From a virus (taxonomy: Duplodnaviria; Heunggongvirae; Uroviricota; Caudoviricetes), in the IMG/VR virus record IMGVR_UViG_3300027861_000012, positions 96,380-160,379 of that record: a DNA stretch of 64,000 nt; one strand, 5' to 3'. Under the pieces are notes generated by a model that saw only the letters and a list, made by a program, of their open reading frames with translations, did no database searches and was not told the origin of the DNA. Of the stretch, positions 57,717 through 64,000 are shown one piece after another. Numbering within the stretch: position 1 is the stretch's first letter; each line of letters begins with the position of its first letter. The position numbers were made by a program, and so were the translations under genes.

Positions 57717-58219
57717 TCGGATATCACTACACCACCAAGTTGGCATGGGAGAACAGCATCTCGGAACACGGGTTGTTCCCACACCGTATCCGCAAGCATG
57801 AGTTGGAGAAATTTCGCCAGTCTCTCCCACGGTTGCCCGAGGCTGCCATTTGGGTGTGGCAATGCCCACTAACAAACGAGCAAGCATGGATTGTTGCCAC
57901 CACATTGGCGGCTATGCACGATGAATACGAGTTGGTGCTACTGAAAGTGGAATATAGCTGGGACAATGCCGCTTCATTACTCTACAATGACGAGCCTATT
58001 GATGACTTTGCCAGCGTCAACCTCAATTGCAGCTTTGGTATGGGCGGTCTTGACACAGGGTCGCTTCCCATTGAGTTGTTGGTCAACCACATCCCGCCAG
58101 AACAGATTGAGTGTATCTGGGAAACCGATATGATGTGTTCGGTGTACGGGCGGCATCCCACAGAAGAACTGGTGAGACCGTACATAGTAGAATCCGAAGA
58201 ATCGGCACAACCGGCTTAA
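57713..58219 (+). CDS. ADP-ribosyltransferase-fold protein (Tpt1/KptA/DUF952-like, tentative), 168 aa
   Basis: YHYT....NSISEHGLFP, LVLLKV, HIPPEQI match the YHxT..I..GL.P / IPPxxI skeleton. Confidence 0.5.
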   Translation: MIGYHYTTKLAWENSISEHGLFPHRIRKHELEKFRQSLPRLPEAAIWVWQCPLTNEQAWIVATTLAAMHDEYELVLLKVEYSWDNAASLLYNDEPIDDFASVNLNCSFGMGGLDTGSLPIELLVNHIPPEQIECIWETDMMCSVYGRHPTEELVRPYIVESEESAQPA

Positions 58220-58241
58220 TCAGAGTTGGTGAATTTGCGTC

Positions 58242-58270
58242 TTGACATCGGACTGTGGCATTGGTAAGAT
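58242..58270 (+). promoter_or_regulatory. sigma70-type promoter TTGACA-17-TAAGAT
   Basis: Consensus -35, 17-nt spacer, TG extension, upstream of ndk. Confidence 0.75.
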
Positions 58271-58302
58271 AGAACTATCAACACTACACGAAGGAGAATG
58301 AC

Positions 58303-58740
58303 ATGAGAACATTTGCGATCCTCAAACCCGATGCTATCCAGCGTGGGCTCGTTGGCGAGATCATCAACCGCATTGAGCGGAAGGGATTCGAGATTATGCG
58401 TATGGAGCTTCGGGCCAAAACGGCTGAGTGGTGTCGGCGACACTACTCGCAGTTTGACCCAGCAGTGACCAAGGACCGTGAGATTTATGAGCGGTTGCAA
58501 CGCGCTATGATCTACAAGCCACTCATAGGCATCCTGCTTGAGGGTGACATAGACCACGGGATTCGCACACTGCGGAACCTGGTGGGCGCTACTAACAGCA
58601 TGGAAGCCGCCCCTGGCACTATTCGTGGTGATTTTGGTACCCTACCGATTCATCTGAACCTGATTCACGCATCCGCCAGTGTTGAGGCTGTTCAAAGAGA
58701 GGTAGCGTTGTTCTTCAATGATGACACTGACTGGAATTGA
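58303..58740 (+). CDS. ndk: Nucleoside diphosphate kinase (145 aa)
   Basis: TFAILKPDAIQRGLVGEII.R.E.KG, GAT...AAPGTIRGDFG, NLIHAS (phospho-His). Confidence 0.95.
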   Translation: MRTFAILKPDAIQRGLVGEIINRIERKGFEIMRMELRAKTAEWCRRHYSQFDPAVTKDREIYERLQRAMIYKPLIGILLEGDIDHGIRTLRNLVGATNSMEAAPGTIRGDFGTLPIHLNLIHASASVEAVQREVALFFNDDTDWN

Positions 58741-59008
58741 CACCCGGCACGTCGATCTTCTGACGTATGTGTTGGACAAAGTGGCTGGGGTTGAGTGGTA
58801 CTTTGTGCGGGGTGACTCGCCTGAATGTCGTTCATCGCTAACCCCCGCTGACATGGAGTTTCACTTCAAGGATGACCATGTACTAGGCTTCCGCTTCCTA
58901 CGTAATGGAGCGTACAGAATCTTTGATGATGGCATGGACTGCGGGACTTGGCCACCCGAATACTTACACCGTTTCTTTGACACCTTGTACTTTGGAGAGT
59001 TTTTATGA
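58718..59008 (+). CDS. Hypothetical protein (96 aa)
   Basis: Overlap-coupled ORF. Confidence 0.5.
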   Translation: MMTLTGIDTRHVDLLTYVLDKVAGVEWYFVRGDSPECRSSLTPADMEFHFKDDHVLGFRFLRNGAYRIFDDGMDCGTWPPEYLHRFFDTLYFGEFL

Positions 59009-59778
59009 AGACGCGACAATTAGCGAAGATTCTTGAGCCTGCCTTCCGTGCCTATCAGGTTCAGATGCTTCCGCACACGTTTTTAGGGGTTCGTTTGAGC
59101 CTCCAAATCTCGCAAGAGGTTATGAAGGCCCGTGAAGAGTCACATGTGAGTCTTACATGGCGAGACTCTTTCAATGTGGTGGCTTCCAGATTGATGGAGA
59201 CCTCCGGTTTCGATGTTGAATTCGCCTATGTATTCGACAGCGAAATCCATCTGCTGATCAGCGAAAGTGGTAATGTCTTCCAACGTGACCTGCAACGATC
59301 CGTTTCGTCGCTGGCTGTACAAGCATCCCTGATCTTCTCTCACAAGCAACATGCTCCCGGCATGTTTGATTGCCGCATCTCCGGATTGCCGTCTTGGGAA
59401 TACGCCTTTGACTACTTCAGCCATCAGCGTACCAACTGCCGCAGCCATGCCGTCAATGCCATGTGCCAGTATGCCATGGAGCTTACCTTCCCGGACTTGA
59501 ACACACATACAGTCAATCAGCGTATGAGCAAGATGGATCACGATGCTCGATTGAAGTATGCCCAAGCTTTCGGCACACTGCATCGCGGTGGCGGGCATAT
59601 GTGTGACTGGTTCCAGTTCGGTCACTTACTGAAATGGACCGAATGCACCCGGCCATGTACTGGCAAAGACGGCACGCCTTCGTCTTACGAGACACGTCGT
59701 ATCGACATGCGACCCGCGCCTGGCGACACGGGTGTCTTCTGTGACGAACTTTCCTGTATCGTTTATGGTGACGAATGA
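59005..59778 (+). CDS. tRNA(His) guanylyltransferase (Thg1)-like protein, catalytic site altered (257 aa)
   Basis: LP...GVRL, LME, FAYVFDSEI.L.I, F.R...R..S, MFDCRISGLP, FDYF..QR, ETRRID match the Thg1-like skeleton. Confidence 0.7.
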   Translation: MKTRQLAKILEPAFRAYQVQMLPHTFLGVRLSLQISQEVMKAREESHVSLTWRDSFNVVASRLMETSGFDVEFAYVFDSEIHLLISESGNVFQRDLQRSVSSLAVQASLIFSHKQHAPGMFDCRISGLPSWEYAFDYFSHQRTNCRSHAVNAMCQYAMELTFPDLNTHTVNQRMSKMDHDARLKYAQAFGTLHRGGGHMCDWFQFGHLLKWTECTRPCTGKDGTPSSYETRRIDMRPAPGDTGVFCDELSCIVYGDE

Positions 59779-59880
59779 TTCGTCTGGAATATGACCCACA
59801 GTCTGCTGGTGTCATCATACTCGATGCGGAGTATTATGGTGAACCATTAACGCTTGACGCCAGGTACGTAAAAGCACTTC

Positions 59881-60150
59881 ATGAGCTTTGATAACAAAGA
59901 CTACCCGAACCGCAAGGATCACCGAAAGCCCTACCCGCACAAAGGGCCACGACGCTTCGCAGCGTCCTGTCGCCCCGGCGGTAGCTGTAAGTTCTGCACC
60001 CACGGGCGATGTCATTCACAGATACGTGATGAACGGGACGCTGACGACCAGATAGAAGAGTTTCACAATTTCGATGCCACTGAAGAACAAGCCTGGCTTG
60101 ATGATGAGGCCATGTGGCGAGACATGGAAGATGACCCCAACTGGCCCTAA
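59881..60150 (+). CDS. Small basic/Cys-rich conserved phage protein (89 aa)
   Basis: KDHRKPY...F.ASCR.GGSC.FC..GR.H motif; acidic tail. Confidence 0.6.
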   Translation: MSFDNKDYPNRKDHRKPYPHKGPRRFAASCRPGGSCKFCTHGRCHSQIRDERDADDQIEEFHNFDATEEQAWLDDEAMWRDMEDDPNWP

Positions 60151-60167
60151 CTTGACGGACTCCCACA

Positions 60168-61061
60168 ATGAATCTCCCCGATTTCTGTGCGCTTGAGCCC
60201 TGGCCCAAGTACAAAGCATACTTACAGCTAAAGGCTGCACTTCGCCAGTATGGTCGGTGTCTCTTTTGGGAAGATCAAGATATTGATCTCCTCCCTGGCA
60301 TAGGTCGCTCACTTGCCCGCCAAATACTCTACTATTTTGCCAGTGGGGATGCTGATACCACCGTGCATTCAGTGTGTTCCAGTGTCGAGTGTATCGAACC
60401 ACGACACAATTATCCGATTGGTCAAGTGGTAGCCAGGAAGAATTGTTGGGAACACATCCGCCAGCAGTCATCCCGCCGTGGAGACTGTCTTATCTGGTGC
60501 GGCGGGGATGTCAATAGTCTACCCACCTACTACACAGATGGTGTCAAGCGGTCAGTGGCTCAACACATCTACGAGCTTCACTACGGCGTGAAGTTCTTCG
60601 CTAAAGCCCGCTTTCGCCCAACCTGTGGTGTCCCAAATTGTATTGCGCCAAAGCATCTTCAACCGCTAAACCCGGCGTTTGTACAACACTGGGAGGGCCC
60701 AACACCCGAGGCGTTTGCGCACAACCTTCTGGATTATATTGCGCTGATACCGACCGATAAAACAACCGGGTGTACGTATTGGCCGGGGTCTATGAACAAT
60801 GGTCGCACGCCAATGATCAAGGTTGGACAGTCACAGAGGTATAGTGTCACAAGCCTGTTGTTTAACTATGCATACGGGCCACCATCAGAGTTGGAACGTA
60901 GTACCTCTATGTCATGCGGATGCAAAAACTGCGTCGAACCCCATCACATTGTCATGCGTCACACCAGTTGGTCTGATCCTAAGTTGGAACACCCGGTGGA
61001 GATGTCACAATGTGAGAATCAACCTGAAGATACAGCCGTCCCGGTTCCAGCTATCCATTAA
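60168..61061 (+). CDS. Protein with three degenerate His-Cys-box/HNH zinc-finger repeats (297 aa)
   Basis: Three units each opening CxxW and ending CxxxxC(I/V)xPxH. Confidence 0.7.
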   Translation: MNLPDFCALEPWPKYKAYLQLKAALRQYGRCLFWEDQDIDLLPGIGRSLARQILYYFASGDADTTVHSVCSSVECIEPRHNYPIGQVVARKNCWEHIRQQSSRRGDCLIWCGGDVNSLPTYYTDGVKRSVAQHIYELHYGVKFFAKARFRPTCGVPNCIAPKHLQPLNPAFVQHWEGPTPEAFAHNLLDYIALIPTDKTTGCTYWPGSMNNGRTPMIKVGQSQRYSVTSLLFNYAYGPPSELERSTSMSCGCKNCVEPHHIVMRHTSWSDPKLEHPVEMSQCENQPEDTAVPVPAIH

Positions 61062-61066
61062 ACCTA

Positions 61067-61095
61067 TTGACACTGAGACCTCAGCATGATACAAT
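61067..61095 (+). promoter_or_regulatory. sigma70-type promoter TTGACA-17-TACAAT
   Basis: Near-perfect consensus with TG extension, intergenic. Confidence 0.85.
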
Positions 61096-61130
61096 GAAAT
61101 AATACTCACGAATTTCAATAAGGACTCCCC

Positions 61131-61523
61131 ATGATCTATCTTGGTTCTACGTACACCCACGATGACCCTGCCGTTCAAGAGTGGCGTTTCCAAGCCGTTT
61201 GCAAAGCTGCTGCCCACTTTTTGAAGCAAGGGTTTCACATTCTTTCCCCTATTGCCCATGCGCACCCCATCGCACAGTATGGGCTCCCAACTGACTGGGG
61301 TTTCTGGGCAGAGTATGATGAAGCATGTATCAAGACCTGTGAAGTCATGTGGATACTCATGCTTGACGGTTGGGAAATCAGCCGAGGCGTGAATGCAGAG
61401 ATCCAGATCGCTAAATCTCTGTCTATACCGATCAAGTACGTACAGATCATCAACCCCGACTCAGACCAGCCAGAATATCATGTACGTAATACGCCATATG
61501 ATTACGGGAGGCTCAGTCAGTGA
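61131..61523 (+). CDS. DUF1937 / nucleoside 2-deoxyribosyltransferase-like protein (130 aa)
   Basis: MIYL.S.YTH, SPIAHAHP, W.FW..YD, L.GW..SRGV.AEI..A. Confidence 0.85.
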   Translation: MIYLGSTYTHDDPAVQEWRFQAVCKAAAHFLKQGFHILSPIAHAHPIAQYGLPTDWGFWAEYDEACIKTCEVMWILMLDGWEISRGVNAEIQIAKSLSIPIKYVQIINPDSDQPEYHVRNTPYDYGRLSQ

Positions 61524-61861
61524 AACATCGTGTCACAGTGAACTTCGATGGCCAGATCAATTTTCGTGATCGTTCAGAAATGGCGGACACGCTCCAGAAA
61601 TGGTTTGAGACACGGGACTATTTCCGTATCGTCCTCCATTTTGAACTGGTCTCGACCAGCATTGTTGAAATTCATTATGAGGAACGCCACTTTGCCTTCG
61701 TCACCGGTGAAGTGGTATGGGATATTGAAGGGCTGCATCAAGAGAATTTGATGGACACCATCTTCATGACTCTGTGCAGTCAAGTTTGTGGTCCGACCAT
61801 TGATGTCAGCGTTAAGGCTTGGCATGACCCCGAGATGGAGGTACTGGAATGTACGCCTTAG
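61520..61861 (+). CDS. Hypothetical protein (113 aa)
   Basis: GTGA overlap, SD GGGAGG; ends TAG. Confidence 0.6.
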   Translation: MKHRVTVNFDGQINFRDRSEMADTLQKWFETRDYFRIVLHFELVSTSIVEIHYEERHFAFVTGEVVWDIEGLHQENLMDTIFMTLCSQVCGPTIDVSVKAWHDPEMEVLECTP

Positions 61862-62286
61862 ATCATGCCTCAATGAGGCAAGAAAAAGAGATCGTGTGGC
61901 TCGGGATAGCTCCGATTGGAATCGCATGGGTATTTCAAGCACAGGTTCTTGTACCAGAAAAGTCTGGACGTTTGTCACAACATACCCACTTTGGCTGCGA
62001 AATTGTTGGGTACACAGATTTAGCAGACTGGGCCATGCCAATCTCGTATATCCATGACGGCCAGCGGGTGCTTTTCATACGGCGAGTCTTTTACTTGTCG
62101 CCAGACTGGGACCATGGTGAAATCCCGGAAGACCTTCCCGACGACTTGGTGGTTACGCCAGATTCTATTTCCCCTGGGCGTCTTGGGGACATGCCTTGGG
62201 ACGAAGTGCTCTGGGGTATGGCGGACGATGACGAAGATGAAGAAGATTACGGAGGCTTTGATGAAGAAGATTCTGACTTCTGTTAG
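61849..62286 (+). CDS. Hypothetical protein with acidic tail (145 aa)
   Basis: SD GGAGG; ends TAG. Confidence 0.6.
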   Translation: MYALDHASMRQEKEIVWLGIAPIGIAWVFQAQVLVPEKSGRLSQHTHFGCEIVGYTDLADWAMPISYIHDGQRVLFIRRVFYLSPDWDHGEIPEDLPDDLVVTPDSISPGRLGDMPWDEVLWGMADDDEDEEDYGGFDEEDSDFC

Positions 62287-63031
62287 GTGTGTAATCAATG
62301 CCAAACCGACAGTTACCGTACCCATCCTGCTGTGCATACTGCTAGTGCAGGCTTGGCACTGGTGGTATCCCGCCGGACATGTGTCTGTGACAACAGTGAT
62401 TCCCGTGACCATAGTTCAGTTGCGTGGCCACGAATACTATCGGTGTCTCTCCATTAAGCATGGGATACGAACGGTCCAAAAGGCAAGTGAGTATTGGGAG
62501 CAATACGGTATCAAGTTCAAAGTTGTGAACTTTGGTATCATCAAAGATTGTGAATGGGCGACGATCTCAAGTGACAAACATGGCGACGGCGAGCTATCGC
62601 TTATCATAGATGAGATTGAACAGGCTACTAGGACCTTTGTGGTGGTGCTTCCAGAGAAGTTTACCAATCTTGATGGCTCGTGGGCACCAGAAATTGCTGG
62701 TCTAGCATCTACCAATCGCAATGGATTCGCCCTTGTCGATTCTGATTGGCGCGTCACAGCGCATGAATTCGGCCATGCTCTATGTGGTTGTTACCACACA
62801 TACGTACAACCAGGGAACTTATTGGAATCGGGAATTTTAGATCGGAGGCCAGCCAAGGAAGACATTGTACTGACAGTTTGGCAAGCGTTTTGGGCACGGA
62901 AATTTGCACGGGACCTGGAGACAAGGTACACCAATGGCACATTCACTGAAGAAAAACGACCTCCGTACAATTTTGGCACTTATCGACGCAAGAATTTCAT
63001 CACTGGACCTATGGTCCATGGGGGTACATAG
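62261..63031 (+). CDS. Membrane-anchored zinc metalloprotease, metzincin-like (256 aa)
   Basis: SD GGAGG before ATG 62261; TM VPILLCILLVQAW; HEFGHALCGCYH. Confidence 0.6.
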   Translation: MKKILTSVRCVINAKPTVTVPILLCILLVQAWHWWYPAGHVSVTTVIPVTIVQLRGHEYYRCLSIKHGIRTVQKASEYWEQYGIKFKVVNFGIIKDCEWATISSDKHGDGELSLIIDEIEQATRTFVVVLPEKFTNLDGSWAPEIAGLASTNRNGFALVDSDWRVTAHEFGHALCGCYHTYVQPGNLLESGILDRRPAKEDIVLTVWQAFWARKFARDLETRYTNGTFTEEKRPPYNFGTYRRKNFITGPMVHGGT

Positions 63032-63338
63032 GAAAGAGGCCCGGAAACTGATGTTGTTGGGCAATAGACTGGCTCAGCGGCGCGTTTATGACGACAAGTT
63101 CCTGACTGAAGGCGGTTTTACCTTCATGAAGATGGTATGGTCGGTTTCCGGGAACCGGATGGACGGGAAGACTATGCGATTCAGTAGACTGCAAGACACC
63201 AAGCGTCGGTATGCCCAGCAGTTTTTGAAGCTTGGCTTCTTGCAACTTGTTACACACCCTGATTGTGGCGACAACCTGGACCGACTTGTTGTCACCAAAC
63301 TTGGCGAAGACCAACTTTACATGAGGCACAAACGATGA
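62934..63338 (+). CDS. Hypothetical protein (134 aa)
   Basis: Likely ATG 62934; ATGA-coupled to next gene. Confidence 0.5.
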   Translation: MAHSLKKNDLRTILALIDARISSLDLWSMGVHRKEARKLMLLGNRLAQRRVYDDKFLTEGGFTFMKMVWSVSGNRMDGKTMRFSRLQDTKRRYAQQFLKLGFLQLVTHPDCGDNLDRLVVTKLGEDQLYMRHKR

Positions 63339-63970
63339 GCGTGAAGATACGACCCGATAACAGGTTGATTATCACAGTGGGTTACCCTCGCAGCGGTAAA
63401 TCAACCTGGGCAATGGGAACATGTATCCCTACTGTGTCCTCTGATGCCCTCCGTATGGCCCTATTTGGCAGCCTATGGAGCGAAGCACAGGAACACCTTG
63501 TCTTGCCGTTGGCTCGAACCATGGTTCAGACACTGTTCTTCGCTGGTCACCCGCGAGTGGTTTTTGATTCCATCAGCACTACTCGTGCCCTACGTGATTT
63601 CTGGCGGCCATCACCTGAATGCCCCTGGACACGAACCTACCATATTTTAGAAACCAGTGCTGAAGTCTGCAAAGAGCGAGCCGTCGAGTCCGGGGATGAC
63701 TATCTGGTACCGGTGATTGACCGCCTGCAAAGCAAATACGAGCCTGTGGAGCCATGCGAAGAGGGTCCCAGATTCGTTATGCGCCGTGGCGAAGAGGATT
63801 TCGTTCAAGAAACAGCAGAAATGCGGGCCGACCACAAGGAATTGTTTCATGCCATCTTGGAACAGCACGAAGCTGGGATGCGTGAGCTACGGGAGACTGG
63901 CACCTACACCGGTGAACTCTCTGTAGGCATGATCCTGGCGATACGGGATGCACTGGAGTTGCCAGTATGA
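63335..63970 (+). CDS. P-loop kinase, polynucleotide-kinase (AAA_33) type (211 aa)
   Basis: LIITVGYPRSGKSTWA, VSSDALR, VVFDS, C.ER; ATG 63335. Confidence 0.85.
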   Translation: MSVKIRPDNRLIITVGYPRSGKSTWAMGTCIPTVSSDALRMALFGSLWSEAQEHLVLPLARTMVQTLFFAGHPRVVFDSISTTRALRDFWRPSPECPWTRTYHILETSAEVCKERAVESGDDYLVPVIDRLQSKYEPVEPCEEGPRFVMRRGEEDFVQETAEMRADHKELFHAILEQHEAGMRELRETGTYTGELSVGMILAIRDALELPV

Positions 63971-64000
63971 CTGACCGAGAAACCTTTGCTAGCTGTGTCA

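Noticed and set aside
1-64000. Integrated prophage boundaries or firm host assignment
   Set aside because: No integrase, att site or host genes. A Planctomycetota-like host is only an impression from the exported protease/thioredoxin/Pro-rich gene set and needs prfB/iscS/ndk phylogeny.

Overview
The window is a 64-kb piece of a large tailed-phage (Caudoviricetes, siphovirus-like) genome with two divergent arms; no host genes, integrase, tRNA or CRISPR array were seen. Left arm (1-48623, minus strand) is the late/morphogenesis operon. In transcription order it holds: terminase small subunit; an inserted cassette of exported proteins (holin-like protein, Tat-signal papain-like protease, thioredoxin); lambda-gpA-type terminase large subunit; portal; head-tail adaptor; scaffold; P22-type major capsid protein; an array of paralogous putative head-decoration genes; head closure; tail terminator; major tail protein; tail chaperone with a -1 frameshift extension; tape measure; three lectin-like paralogs; and two giant fibre proteins. 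The fibres are 5090 aa and >=1424 aa; the second runs off the window edge and is missing from the ORF track. Both consist of a 20-aa repeat stalk carrying LDL-receptor-type (YWTD-like) beta-propellers. Right arm (48800-64000, plus strand) is an early region with host-type sigma70 promoters. It encodes an RlaP-like nucleotidyltransferase, cysteine desulfurase, release factor 2 lacking its autoregulatory frameshift, a secreted non-specific nuclease, an ART-fold protein, NDK, a degenerate Thg1-like protein, a triple His-Cys-box protein, DUF1937, a metzincin-like protease and a PNK-like kinase. Top leads: (1) the giant beads-on-a-stalk fibres; (2) a nested gene plus canonical -1 slippery site inside the thioredoxin gene; (3) the protease/thioredoxin export cassette where an endolysin might be expected; (4) RF2 together with the absence of UAG stops from the late arm. 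All family calls come from motif recognition by eye, not database searches. A Planctomycetota-like host is only a low-confidence guess.
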